Positions 28,299 to 38,418 of a stretch of 64,000 nt of DNA are shown in pieces (the stretch's first letter is position 1; every line of letters starts with the position of its first letter). The notes beneath the pieces were generated by a model. That model ran no database searches, was not told the origin of the DNA, and was given only the letters and a program-made list of their open reading frames with translations. Source of the stretch: Planctomycetota bacterium. Lineage in GTDB: Bacteria > Planctomycetota > UBA8108 > UBA1146. The translations under genes and the position numbers were made by a program. Location of the stretch: NCBI GenBank assembly GCA_014240375.1, contig JAAZXB010000005.1:64297-128296 (forward strand), in the 5' to 3' direction.

Positions 28299-28747
28299 CC
28301 CGAATCATCTCTCGCACCGAAGCGATTGAAAAACTCAACGGCTTGCTCGCCGAGGAACTGGAGGCCTCGATCCGTTACTTGCACCTCAGTTCGATGGTGC
28401 AGGGGATCGATCGATTGATCGTTCAAAAGGTCCTGCAAGAGAATCACGAGGAGACGATCGAACACGCTCAACAGGTCAGCGAAAAGATCCTTCAACTCGG
28501 TGGCAATCCGACTCCCAGAATCCAACTCGATCTCGATGGTCGGCGATATTCTGGCCCGCAGGCGATCGCAGTGGCGCTGATCTTTGAACAGGCAGCGCTC
28601 GATGGTTACCGGGATCTGCTCGACCATGTCGACGGTAGTGGGGATGTGGTGCTGGAGGAGTTTGCCCGACAGCAGGTGGCTGTCGAATCGGAGCACGTCG
28701 CTCAACTACAGATGCTGCTGGTGGAGACTCCTGTTGGCGATCAGTGA
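28295..28747 (+). CDS. Ferritin-like (Dps/ferritin superfamily) four-helix-bundle protein
   Basis: LNGLLAEELEASIRYLH...ENHEETIEHAQQVSEKILQLGGNP. Start overlaps the regulator stop (ATGA), so an operon with the DtxR-like gene. Confidence 0.6.
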   Translation: MTRIISRTEAIEKLNGLLAEELEASIRYLHLSSMVQGIDRLIVQKVLQENHEETIEHAQQVSEKILQLGGNPTPRIQLDLDGRRYSGPQAIAVALIFEQAALDGYRDLLDHVDGSGDVVLEEFARQQVAVESEHVAQLQMLLVETPVGDQ

Positions 28748-28940
28748 TCGTCCTGGCGGATTGACCGCATTAGCCGCTCTGAACGGTTTCTTTGCCATCT
28801 CCTGCGGTTTTCCGGGGCTCCAGCGCATCATCTCCTCGTACCGCCTCCACGCTCATCTGCAAGACCCTGAAGCCACCGCAAATCGCTGGAGCCGCAGGAA
28901 TCTGGAATCGTTGATCGAAGCCGATGTGGATCCTCAGCAG

Positions 28941-29210
28941 ATGGAACTGCTCGGCATTCTCGGCCTGGTGGTCGCCTTGTTGCTCGCCGTATCGGTGTGG
29001 GGTCTGTTGAAACGAAATCACTGGGCTGGAAAGTGGGGTTCGACCCTGGCTGCAGTGGGGATGGTTTCGATATCCTGGCTGGCCGTCGAGGTGTTGCCGA
29101 CAGATCTTGTGAGAGGAGTGGGTATGAATCTGGTGCGTCAGATGTTCTATCCCCTGTTCCTGCTCATCATGGTTCATGGGATCTTTCGCAAGGATTTGAG
29201 GCTTCGATGA
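28941..29210 (+). CDS. Small membrane protein (hypothetical)
   Basis: 89 aa from the first in-frame ATG after the ferritin-like stop. Two TM helices. Stop overlaps the ABC permease start (ATGA). Confidence 0.3.
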   Translation: MELLGILGLVVALLLAVSVWGLLKRNHWAGKWGSTLAAVGMVSISWLAVEVLPTDLVRGVGMNLVRQMFYPLFLLIMVHGIFRKDLRLR

Positions 29211-30112
29211 TGGGTCGATGGCAGATTCTGCTCCATGCGAGGAACTTCCTTTCCCATTCGCTTCGTTCCGGATCGGGAGTTGCGTTCATCGTTCTCACGG
29301 TGATGGTGGGGCTGGGCTGCGCCAGTCTGGTGTTCTTTCCCATCGAGTCGGAGTTGGTCACCGCGAAAGAGTTCAAGGAGAATGCAGCTCAGGGGGTGGG
29401 CACCTTTCTTGCGGTGGCGACGCTTCAGCCCGGGAAATTCAGTACCCTCAGTGAACAAATCGAGTCGGAAGAACTGGTCGAACTGGCAATGTGGGGTCGG
29501 TACCTGGTGTTGGATCATCCGGTGCTGCTGTCGTTGACGGTGATGTTGCTGGGGCTGCTGCTGCCAGTCTTGTTGCAACTGGGCTCCTTTGCGTGCATCG
29601 CCGGCGATGTTCAGCATCACTCGATCCGCTACCTGCTGCCCAGAACCACCCGAACATCGCTGCTGCTGGGTCGGCTACTGGGGGCACTGATCCTCTCCTG
29701 GACCGTGATCACCGGCTTGCAGGGGGCGGTCGTCATGTATCTGGGAATCGTCTTGCCCCTCGATGGGTGGAGTGCCTTGATCACGTGGGGGTTCCAGACT
29801 CTGGGGGCTCTGGTGGTCTTGACTGTCCCCTATGTGGCCCTGGGAGTGCTCTGTAGCACCTTATTCCGCTCACCGATGGTCGCATTGATGGGATCAGTCG
29901 GCTTCACCCTGGCGGTGCCGTTGATCGCCTTCAGCTCCAGGCAAGCGTGGGAACCACTCGGCAATCTACTTTTTCTTTTGCCCTGGGGATATTCCCATCA
30001 CTTGCTATCTCCTGACGAAACAGTGGTCGTGAAGACAGCGCTCTACTGCCTGGGTCATGGTTTGATCTTCACCGTCATCGCAGTGCTTCGACTTCGGAGG
30101 GCAGACCTGTGA
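29207..30112 (+). CDS. ABC-2 family transporter permease
   Basis: Polytopic protein with 6 predicted TM helices. Translationally coupled to the downstream ATPase (4-nt overlap). Confidence 0.55.
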   Translation: MMGRWQILLHARNFLSHSLRSGSGVAFIVLTVMVGLGCASLVFFPIESELVTAKEFKENAAQGVGTFLAVATLQPGKFSTLSEQIESEELVELAMWGRYLVLDHPVLLSLTVMLLGLLLPVLLQLGSFACIAGDVQHHSIRYLLPRTTRTSLLLGRLLGALILSWTVITGLQGAVVMYLGIVLPLDGWSALITWGFQTLGALVVLTVPYVALGVLCSTLFRSPMVALMGSVGFTLAVPLIAFSSRQAWEPLGNLLFLLPWGYSHHLLSPDETVVVKTALYCLGHGLIFTVIAVLRLRRADL

Positions 30113-31182
30113 TCGATTCTTCATCGTTACTGAGGATCGAGCAATTGAGCCATCGCTTCGGCGACAAGGTGGCGATCGATCACGTCGACTGGAAACTCGA
30201 CCAGTGCGGAGTAGTGGGGCTGGTCGGTCCCAACGGTGCCGGTAAGACCACCCTCTTCTCGCTGATCGCCGGGTTCCTTCGCGTGCAAGGGGGCTCGATT
30301 GAAGTGCTGGGAGGTGCCGCTCCGGGATCTCGATCGCTGGTCAGCCGGGTCGCGGTGATGCCGCAGGATGCCATCTTCGCCCGCGATGTCTCGATCGTCG
30401 ATCAGATGCTGTTTCTCCGAGCGCTCGATGGGGTGACCGGGACCATCGCTCGCCAGGAGGTGGTTGCAGCGCTCGAGAGCGTCGGGCTCGCCGACCAACT
30501 GGATCGAGGTGCGGCGGTTCTCTCTCATGGGATGGGAAAAAGACTCGGTGTGGCTCAGGCGATCCTCGGGTCACCAGAACTGATTCTACTCGATGAGCCG
30601 ACCGCCGGGCTCGACCCTGCCAATGCGCTGCAGGTGCGTGATTTGATTCGAAGTCTCGGAAAAAAAGCGCTGGTCATCGTTTCATCCCACAATCTGCTGG
30701 AGTTGCAGGATCTGATCGACGAGGTGGCGGTGATCGTCGCTGGAAGGATGGTCGCCAGTGGCCCGATCGACGAGGTGACAGGTTCCGCTCGCAGGTTCGA
30801 ACTGCGGCTGGGTCGGGTGATCTCCCCCGGGGAATTGCAACAGATCCGCGATGAGGAACTGGTGCGCGGAGTCAGCCAGGATGGGACTCAACTGACGGTG
30901 GATCTCGATGCCAGTGCCGATGGGGGTCTCGATGCGGCGCTGGATCAACTTCTCCATCGATTACTGAAACTGGCAGCCCCTCCTCGTCAATTGAGAGAGG
31001 GCGCGAGTCTCGAGGAAGCGTATCTGAGATTGACAGGCGAGTCGGAGCAGGAAGCCGCGCCGCTCGATGATCGAACTGAAGATGATCGAACTGAAGATGA
31101 TCGAACTGAAGATGATCGAACTGAAGATGATCCAGATGAGTCCGATGCTCCGGCAGCAGCAAAAACTAGCGACGATCGGTAG
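30109..31182 (+). CDS. ABC transporter ATP-binding protein with a C-terminal (DDRTE)x4 acidic repeat
   Basis: Walker A GPNGAGKTT, Q-loop, signature LSHGMGKRL, Walker B LILLDEPTAGLD, H-loop SSHNL. In-frame 15-bp tandem repeat at about 31066-31130. Confidence 0.85.
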   Translation: MIDSSSLLRIEQLSHRFGDKVAIDHVDWKLDQCGVVGLVGPNGAGKTTLFSLIAGFLRVQGGSIEVLGGAAPGSRSLVSRVAVMPQDAIFARDVSIVDQMLFLRALDGVTGTIARQEVVAALESVGLADQLDRGAAVLSHGMGKRLGVAQAILGSPELILLDEPTAGLDPANALQVRDLIRSLGKKALVIVSSHNLLELQDLIDEVAVIVAGRMVASGPIDEVTGSARRFELRLGRVISPGELQQIRDEELVRGVSQDGTQLTVDLDASADGGLDAALDQLLHRLLKLAAPPRQLREGASLEEAYLRLTGESEQEAAPLDDRTEDDRTEDDRTEDDRTEDDPDESDAPAAAKTSDDR

Positions 31183-33136
31183 TGCCCGCGGGGGGTGGTG
31201 AGTTCTGTTCGCTGAGCTGAGCACGCTGGCGAAACGAGGTCGCTTCCTCGGAGATCCCGGCCTGGTCGAGCAGGTCGGCGATGTTTCGCAGCAATTCCGG
31301 TTCCTCGCCGATCCAGCCGACCAACGCCTGCAGGTGACGTGCCGCCGCTTCCGCTTGTCCTCTTTGAAATGCTGAAAGGGCCTGACGGCGGGCCAGGTCA
31401 CCTCTCAAATTCACCAGTGCGAGACGGTTCCCGAGTCGTTCTCGCTGACTGTCGAGCCACCGGGCCAGTGCCTGTGGCCCCTCTTGCAACTCCACGAGTT
31501 GACCGTAGCGAACCAGCAGGTCATCGCTGCTCTTTTCCTCCAGTGCCAGTCTCCACCACGAACTTGCACCGATGAGGTCACCACTGACCGCACTCATGTA
31601 GCCCAATTTTTCTTCGAGGATGGTCCCTGGTGGTTCCAGCAGGGCGAAGCCACCGCGCGAGAAGTGGCGGCAGCGCTGCAGATGCTGCACTGCTAGAGCT
31701 GCCGACTCCTTCAACTGCGGTGAGATCGGCGGCTGGCCTGGAATCAGCACCTGATCGAGATTGACCTGGGCTTCGTTGAAGTGCCGGTCGGCCTGCACTT
31801 CATTCCAGCGAGTGTGGCCCGCCGACAAGGTCAGCAGGATGCTCGAGATGGTGATCGCCAGCAGGATCAAACCGGGTGTGGTGATGGCGCCCGTTCGTCG
31901 CAATTGCTGCCCTTGAAGTGAAACATCCTGGCGGCGCAGAAATTGAAGACTCTTCCAGATCAGGAACGAGACGCTGATGGCGATGCCGGTGGCCATCAGC
32001 ATCGGGATCTGATCGTAGACTCCGCGCCAACTGAACCAGATCAGTGCACAGAGGATGGCGAGGCTCACCTCTCCCTGCAGTGAAAGGTGCGTATTGCGGG
32101 TCGGCGCGATGGCTTTGGCCAGAGGATTCCAGGCGCCCTTCCCGAAGGAGAGCACTCCGTTGGGACACACATCGACGCAATCGAGACACTTCATGCAGCC
32201 CGGATCGACCACCTGGGAGTGAATCTTGATCTCCCGTGAGATCTGAACATTGGAGGTGCAGTTGGCGGTGCACAGTCCGCACGATTCACACGCATCCATG
32301 TTGGCCACGATGGCCATCGGAGAGATCCGATCCGCCACCGAGAAGAAGGCGCCATAGGGACATCCGTAAGTGCAGAACCCCTTCGATCCGAGCAGGTAGA
32401 CGGTGGCGAAGCCACACACCAGGAAGAACGGGATGGCGATCCACCAGGAGGGGAAGGTGGCCCAGAAATCGGCGACCATCAGGTGATCGGTGAATCCAAC
32501 CCACGGGCGAACGGGATCGATCCAACTCGCCACCGTTGCGAACTGACCCTCGAACCAGGGCAGACCCCACCGCTTGAGGGTGGGCCACAGGAACATGTAG
32601 AAGGCGAGCAGAAACGGTACCCAGCCGAGCAGTCGAGAACGAAACGGTTGCGGGCGAATACCGATCTTTCTCATCATCCAGCCGCAGAGATCCTGTAGAG
32701 CCACCATGTGGCAAGCCCAGCCGCAGAACCAGCGTCCCAGGAGAGCAGTGGAGAGGATCGCCACGATGAAGAAGATGAAACCCGCATTCACCTGACCATT
32801 CTCGAGGGTGTACATCGACTCCGATGGCTCGACCGGGGAGAGGGTGGTGCCGGTGATGACCCAGTGCAGCAGGTGAAGTCCGATGAGCAGGTGGACGGCA
32901 CCGAGAGCGATCGCTCGACGGCGACCCGATCGGCCAGGGGATCGAGCAGCAGGCCTTCTGTATCCCTCGCACCCCTCACGTGGTTTACCCGTTCTGGCCA
33001 AACTGTCCTCCGTCGACGAGATCATAGCCTCCCGAGCGCTGCGTGAGAACTGCACCGATCGGATCGTGGCGATCCGCCCTGGAAGGGGAATCGAACCGTT
33101 CAAAAAAGGTGGCCGGGTCGATCCCGACCCGGCCAC
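31166..33136 (-). CDS. Polyferredoxin-type 4Fe-4S membrane protein (NapH/MauN/CcoG-like) with a C-terminal helical-repeat extension
   Basis: TM helices, CGWAC motif (RWFCGWACHMVALQD), and two ferredoxin Cys clusters (CESCGLCTANC, CMKCLDCVDVCP). 3' end overlaps the convergent ABC ATPase by 17 nt. Confidence 0.65.
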   Translation of the reverse strand: MAGSGSTRPPFLNGSIPLPGRIATIRSVQFSRSAREAMISSTEDSLARTGKPREGCEGYRRPAARSPGRSGRRRAIALGAVHLLIGLHLLHWVITGTTLSPVEPSESMYTLENGQVNAGFIFFIVAILSTALLGRWFCGWACHMVALQDLCGWMMRKIGIRPQPFRSRLLGWVPFLLAFYMFLWPTLKRWGLPWFEGQFATVASWIDPVRPWVGFTDHLMVADFWATFPSWWIAIPFFLVCGFATVYLLGSKGFCTYGCPYGAFFSVADRISPMAIVANMDACESCGLCTANCTSNVQISREIKIHSQVVDPGCMKCLDCVDVCPNGVLSFGKGAWNPLAKAIAPTRNTHLSLQGEVSLAILCALIWFSWRGVYDQIPMLMATGIAISVSFLIWKSLQFLRRQDVSLQGQQLRRTGAITTPGLILLAITISSILLTLSAGHTRWNEVQADRHFNEAQVNLDQVLIPGQPPISPQLKESAALAVQHLQRCRHFSRGGFALLEPPGTILEEKLGYMSAVSGDLIGASSWWRLALEEKSSDDLLVRYGQLVELQEGPQALARWLDSQRERLGNRLALVNLRGDLARRQALSAFQRGQAEAAARHLQALVGWIGEEPELLRNIADLLDQAGISEEATSFRQRAQLSEQNSPPPAGTTDRR

Positions 33137-33173
33137 CTTTTGATGGATTCTCGAACATTGGCGTCAAGCGGCT

Positions 33174-34130
33174 CTAGTGATCGGGTACTCCGTCGCCGTC
33201 GTGATCGTGACCGTCGGTGGCATCATGGTCGATGCCATGGATCGCATCTTCGATCATCTTGCGACCGCGCTCGTTGTCCTTGACCTCCGGGCTCTTCAAC
33301 ATCCGGTTGAGGAACAGCTTGGCGCCATCCTTGTCTCCTTGCTCAGCCAGCCAGCCCTGGCAGAACCACAGTGCATTGAGCACCTCGGGGCCGCCCATTT
33401 CTGAATTGTCCTTGAGGAACTGCACCAGTGTCGGGAAGTCAGGATCCTGGGTATTGAGCAATTTCAACAGCTGTCCACGAGCCCGATGAGAAGCGGCCTT
33501 CTTGACCAGTTCCGGGTTGTCGGACTTCTCCGCCATATCGAGGAACTTACCGAAGGCGGGAAACCCGAGCAGGCCCTGATCCGCCATCACTTCGAATGCG
33601 TCCGGCAGCATATCACCCTGTTGAGCCTCATCTTCGGTGGCGAGCAACGCCTTGATCTTGTCGCCCTTGGCACGCAATTCGACGATGTGCTCGAGGTATT
33701 TTTCTGGCCCGCCCGGCTGATACCCTGTCTTGGCATAGGGGCGCATCTGGTGATCTGCCAGGATGATGGTGGGGAATCCGTCCACTCCCATCTCATCGCG
33801 GCTTTTTCCATTGAGCATTTCATCCACGACCTTGGCCTTCGCCTCTTCGCTGCGAGGGAAGTCGAGGTACAGGTAGATGTACTGCTTACCGGCGGTTTCA
33901 TGGAACGCTGGCAGTGAGAACACCTCGCCCTCGAGTTTCTTGCACCAACCACACCAGTCACTTCCGGTGAAGTTGATGAGGATGTCCTTACCCTCTTTAC
34001 GAGCCATTTCCTTGGCGGCACCGATATCCATCATCCAGGGGAGTCCTACCTCGGCCGCAACAGTCTCGGGTTCGTCACCGAGGGCCAGCGGAGAGCAGGC
34101 CAGGAAAGCCGTCAGAAAAATCATCGACAT
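33174..34130 (-). CDS. Thioredoxin-family lipoprotein (WCGWC active site)
   Basis: GGAGA Shine-Dalgarno sequence then ATG at 34130. Lipobox-like MSMIFLTAFLACSPL. Thioredoxin motif KDILINFTGSDWCGWCKKLEGEVF. Immediately upstream of, and co-oriented with, the polyferredoxin. Confidence 0.7.
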   Translation of the reverse strand: MSMIFLTAFLACSPLALGDEPETVAAEVGLPWMMDIGAAKEMARKEGKDILINFTGSDWCGWCKKLEGEVFSLPAFHETAGKQYIYLYLDFPRSEEAKAKVVDEMLNGKSRDEMGVDGFPTIILADHQMRPYAKTGYQPGGPEKYLEHIVELRAKGDKIKALLATEDEAQQGDMLPDAFEVMADQGLLGFPAFGKFLDMAEKSDNPELVKKAASHRARGQLLKLLNTQDPDFPTLVQFLKDNSEMGGPEVLNALWFCQGWLAEQGDKDGAKLFLNRMLKSPEVKDNERGRKMIEDAIHGIDHDATDGHDHDGDGVPDH

Positions 34131-34396
34131 CGAAAGTCTCCTTGCAGCGGAGCCACCATCGGTGCTCCGGGTAACGGGTCGTGTTGAAGTGGTCAGAATA
34201 CCCGATGGAGAACAGATCCGAAAGACGATGAAGAGCGTTGGAGAGGCGCTGCAGGCCATTTTTAGGGGGAAGGGGGTGACCTCGAGGACCATCTCGCCGA
34301 TGATCTGGCCACCGCAGCCTGCGGTGGCCGCGATCGACGGTTGCCGGCGCAAGATGGTCCACTGCAGGAACGGTTTGGGGCGGGGGGGAGTTCAAG

Positions 34397-34735
34397 ATGT
34401 CTCGCAAGGTGGTGTGGCGGTCGGATGGGGAGACCCCCTGCGGCAGTTGTGGGCAGTTGCCAGGACACTGCCGCTGTTCCGCGGCAAGTCTCTCAGCGGT
34501 GCCGACCGGTCCAGCGAGGATCCGCATCGAGAAGCGTCGTGGCAAGACGGTCACGGTGGTCGATGAGATCCCGCTGGTCGAGAAGGATGTGAAGGCGTTA
34601 CTGCGAGACCTGAAGAAGCGTCTGGCCAGTGGCGGTACCTGCAAACAAAACACCATCGAACTGCAGGGCGATCATGTCGACGGGGTGCGGAAGTGGTTCG
34701 ATGGCCACTCGATTCCTCACCGGGGCTGGCACTGA
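34397..34735 (+). CDS. yciH: SUI1/YciH-family translation initiation factor
   Basis: 112 aa. RIRIEKRRGKTVTVVDEIP...LKKRLASGGTCKQNTIELQGDH matches the SUI1 fold signature. Confidence 0.75.
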   Translation: MSRKVVWRSDGETPCGSCGQLPGHCRCSAASLSAVPTGPARIRIEKRRGKTVTVVDEIPLVEKDVKALLRDLKKRLASGGTCKQNTIELQGDHVDGVRKWFDGHSIPHRGWH

Positions 34736-34739
34736 ACCA

Positions 34740-36428
34740 TCAGCAGCGGGCTTCAGGGTCGGTAGCGAGATCCTCTGGACTCCAGGGTCGTGAGATGACG
34801 CAGGCATTGATGCCGCCCACTCCCATCGAGAGTTTTCCGGCGAATCCCTCGGGCAGAGGGGCTGCAGTCTCCCCGACGAAGTTGTCGTGGATGCGAGAGA
34901 TCTCGGGGTTCAATTCTGGCCCGGTCAAGGCGGTGGGGGGAACGCTATTTTGCTCAGCGGAAAACATCTGGGCGGTCAATTCCCAGCCGCCACAGGTACC
35001 CATGCCGTGCCCAAAGGTCCCCTTGCGCGCCGTCATCAGAACCGATTCAGGGAGTAACTTGCGGGTATTCTCCACCTCGAGGAAATCGCCGGGAGTGGCG
35101 GTGCAGTGCAGATCCCAGGTGGAGATCTCGGAGGGCTCGGCTCCGGCAGCGGCCATGGCGCTGCGGATCGCTTCCTGTGGTCCCTCCTCGCTCGGGGTGA
35201 TGATGTGATCCGCATCGGAGGTCAGGCCGACCGAGATCGGCTCCATCCCGAGCGGTTCGAATCCTCGTGCGCGCATCTTTTCGAGGTCGCCGATGATCCA
35301 TACGCAGGCGCCTCCACTGACATGGGTGCCGCGCAATCCGGTCAACGGTTTGGAAACCTCTCCATCGCTGGAGAGTACCTTGGCGGCACTGAAGGCACCC
35401 ACGGTGAGGGAACAGGGGGCCGGGTCGGTGGCTCCGATGACTACCGCTTCGGCCTCGCCACTGTGGATCGAATCGATTCCCAGTTTCAATGAAACACTGA
35501 AGGTGGAACAGGCCGCCACCGGAGCAAAAGAGGGTCCGGTGATCTTTCCCATCATGGTGATCTGTGTTGCCGGAGCACTGTGGATGTTCCACAGCACATT
35601 GGAACTGACTGCTGCCCACGGCTCGATCGGAGCACTCCAGTCCTTTCGCAACCGGGCAGATCGTTTCATCTTCTCCCGCAGTACCGAGGACTTCCCCGTC
35701 TCGACTTCTCCTTCGATGCTCAGCTTCTCGATCTCTCGCAGGGTGGACAGATAGGATTCGAGTTGGGATGACTGGCTCGCCCAGAATCGATTCCAGATGC
35801 GTCGTCCCTCTTCTTGGCAGGCCGCATCCAGATCCTCGATTGCCGGTGGAACCCGATCGCGAATCTCTGCTGGCGAGTCTCCCGCATCGTGTGCTGCTCG
35901 GGCGGGGCACCGTTCCGGATCGGCCCAGAACGCATCCCACTCTCGCTGGGCACGATCCGCCTTGAGGGCGATCTCCGAGATGGTCGGAATGTCTCCGAGG
36001 CCGGTACCGACATAGACGTGGGCTCGGCTGCCCATCTCCTGCAATGCGGATTCGATGCCAGGATTTTGTTCGAGAGCCTGGATGAAGGAACCGACCGCGT
36101 AGAGGGTCGGGTTTCCCATCTTCGCCTGCAACTGGGTGAATCGACGGGGGGGAAAGCGGTCCTCGATCCACTGGTGGTACTTCTCGAAATCGAACTCGGG
36201 ATCACCCACCAGGAAATTGTTGGGACCGAAGTCCTGAAACGGCTCCAGCCAACTGCCGCCAGCGGCCAGTTTGTCCCTGAACTGATCGACATCCTGGCAG
36301 CCAGGAGCGACCACTCCCCAACCAAAGATACCGATTCGTCGGCGAGTTTTCGTTTCTTGCGAGTTCAACCGGGGCCTCTTTCCTGAACGATATCCTCCCC
36401 ATTTCCAGGGGAAGAGGAAAGCGATCAT
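34740..36428 (-). CDS. Beta-ketoacyl-ACP synthase-like condensing enzyme (thiolase fold)
   Basis: Active-site Cys (PVAACSTFSVSL), His (HCTATPGD) and His (GHGMGTCGG) with the C-terminal GGINACVI. Longer than FabF, with extra N-terminal inserts. Confidence 0.7.
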   Translation of the reverse strand: MIAFLFPWKWGGYRSGKRPRLNSQETKTRRRIGIFGWGVVAPGCQDVDQFRDKLAAGGSWLEPFQDFGPNNFLVGDPEFDFEKYHQWIEDRFPPRRFTQLQAKMGNPTLYAVGSFIQALEQNPGIESALQEMGSRAHVYVGTGLGDIPTISEIALKADRAQREWDAFWADPERCPARAAHDAGDSPAEIRDRVPPAIEDLDAACQEEGRRIWNRFWASQSSQLESYLSTLREIEKLSIEGEVETGKSSVLREKMKRSARLRKDWSAPIEPWAAVSSNVLWNIHSAPATQITMMGKITGPSFAPVAACSTFSVSLKLGIDSIHSGEAEAVVIGATDPAPCSLTVGAFSAAKVLSSDGEVSKPLTGLRGTHVSGGACVWIIGDLEKMRARGFEPLGMEPISVGLTSDADHIITPSEEGPQEAIRSAMAAAGAEPSEISTWDLHCTATPGDFLEVENTRKLLPESVLMTARKGTFGHGMGTCGGWELTAQMFSAEQNSVPPTALTGPELNPEISRIHDNFVGETAAPLPEGFAGKLSMGVGGINACVISRPWSPEDLATDPEARC

Positions 36429-36474
36429 CGAGCGTGATTTTCAGGGATGGCGATTGTGGGCCACCTGAACCAGA

Positions 36475-37047
36475 TCAGAGCCGAAGAAACCACTGATGAA
36501 CCCGATCATCGCCGGTCAATTCGGGATGAAAGGTGCAGGCCACGCACCGGTCCTGGCGTACCGCCACCGCTTCCGATCCCAGGGTGGCGAGCACCTCGAC
36601 CGCCGGGGAGGACACGCCGATGCGAGGAGCGCGGATGAAGATCCCCTCCGATGTCCCGAGATCAGGGCCAGCGATCCACTCGATCGGTTCGATGAAGGAG
36701 TGGACCTGGCGACCAAAACCGTTTCGTTGGAATTCGACATCGATCAGGTTCCAGCGCGGTGGCGACTCCTGACACTCTCGACCCATCAGGATGGCACCAG
36801 CACAGGTACCCAGCAGAGCCAACTGTCCCGTTGCGACTCGTTGTGGAATTTGACTCGAGAGGGAGTGGAGTTGCAGCAGATGGTGAAGGGTCGTGCTCTC
36901 CCCACCGGGCAAGACGAGGTGTGTGATCTGATCGAGTTGGTCAGGGCGACGCAACTCGATCGGATCGACCCCGCAACGCGAGAGTGCCCGAAGGTGTGGT
37001 TCGACCGACCCTTGAAGTGCCAGTACTCCCGCACAAATTGCTGCCAA
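36475..37047 (-). CDS. pdxT: Pyridoxal 5'-phosphate synthase glutaminase subunit
   Basis: VLALQGSVEPH, HLVLPGGESTT, LLGTCAGAILM, FHPEL. Confidence 0.85.
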   Translation of the reverse strand: MAAICAGVLALQGSVEPHLRALSRCGVDPIELRRPDQLDQITHLVLPGGESTTLHHLLQLHSLSSQIPQRVATGQLALLGTCAGAILMGRECQESPPRWNLIDVEFQRNGFGRQVHSFIEPIEWIAGPDLGTSEGIFIRAPRIGVSSPAVEVLATLGSEAVAVRQDRCVACTFHPELTGDDRVHQWFLRL

Positions 37048-37049
37048 AG

Positions 37050-37943
37050 CTACCAGCCTCGCACCTGAAGGCGCTCGTCTTCGGGCAAACGGGTCGCATC
37101 GATGCCAGCCATCGCTGCACCCAGTCCGCTCGAAGCTTCGGCGAGTTGCACTGCATCATCGAAGTGGGCGGTGGCATGAACCATCGCCTTGGCGGTGAGC
37201 AGCGGATCCTCTGCCTTGAAGATACCGGATCCGACAAAGATCGCTTCGGCTCCGAGACGCATCACCAGTGCGGCGTCGGCAGGAGTGGCGATTCCACCGG
37301 CAGCAAAGTTAGGAACTGGAAGTCGACCTTCCTTTGCCACCTGGCAGACCAGTGTATAAGGGGCGCCCAGTTCCTTGGCGATGCTCATCCACTCTTCCGG
37401 GTCCGCCTGGGTCAGGGATCGAATTTGGCCTCGAATCAGTCTCAGGTGGCGTACCGCTTCGGTGACATCACCGGTTCCTGCCTCGCCCTTGGTGCGAAGC
37501 ATCGCGGCTCCTTCACCGATGCGACGAAGAGCTTCCCCGAGGTTGGTGGCTCCGCAGACAAAGGGCACCTTGAAGCGACTTTTTTCGATGTGATGGGCAT
37601 GATCGGCAGGGGTCAGCACCTCGGATTCATCGATGAAATCAACTTCGAGTGCTTGCAGGATTTCACCCTCGATGAAGTGGCCGATCCGGGCCTTGGCCAT
37701 CACCGGAATGTCGACGGTTTGCTGGATCTCTCGCACCTTGTCGACCGGTGACATGCGGGCGACTCCGCCGTCTTTGCGGATATCAGAGGGCACACGTTCC
37801 AGTGCCATCACGGCGACAGCCCCGGCCTGCTGGGCAATTCGGGCCTGTTCTGCAGTGGTCACGTCCATGATGACTCCGCCTCGGAGCATCTCGGCGAGCC
37901 CGACCTTGGTACGGAACTCTTCGGTGGATCCGATGCCCCGCAT
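37050..37943 (-). CDS. pdxS: Pyridoxal 5'-phosphate synthase lyase subunit
   Basis: 298 aa from ATG at 37943. [67 protein letters not shown]. Confidence 0.9.
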   Translation of the reverse strand: MRGIGSTEEFRTKVGLAEMLRGGVIMDVTTAEQARIAQQAGAVAVMALERVPSDIRKDGGVARMSPVDKVREIQQTVDIPVMAKARIGHFIEGEILQALEVDFIDESEVLTPADHAHHIEKSRFKVPFVCGATNLGEALRRIGEGAAMLRTKGEAGTGDVTEAVRHLRLIRGQIRSLTQADPEEWMSIAKELGAPYTLVCQVAKEGRLPVPNFAAGGIATPADAALVMRLGAEAIFVGSGIFKAEDPLLTAKAMVHATAHFDDAVQLAEASSGLGAAMAGIDATRLPEDERLQVRGW

Positions 37944-38418
37944 CGGTGTCGAGAATTGATCGTTCAAAGGGGCCCATCCTCTCTTTTTCGATGGGCGGAG
38001 CCACGAAGCACTCCGCCGGGAGATTCCAATCTTGCCCCTTGGGAGGCACAGATGCGAGTGGATCGATGCTCGATGGAGTCTCTTTCCGAGGGGCATACCA
38101 TCCGATACTCTGAGGGCCAGACCTACCGAACGAGGGGAAGATCTAAGGTGCCCGGGGAAATCTTCGGATGAATTCCGGAGTTGGGGACCAAGATGGAGAC
38201 CGATCCCCTGTGATCTGGCGGCGCGTGGTCGCTGGATCTATGTCGACGACTGGACCGCTCAGGAAGCCCAATTCAACGGTCCGCATGGATCAACTTTGAT
38301 GATCCATCGCGGTCGACAACGGTTCCGCCTCGCAGGTGCCCGAGTGAATCTCGGATCCGGCGACGACTGCACCGCTGGGGTCTTCTTCGAGCCAAAAGAC
38401 CGAAGGAAACTGCCCAAG

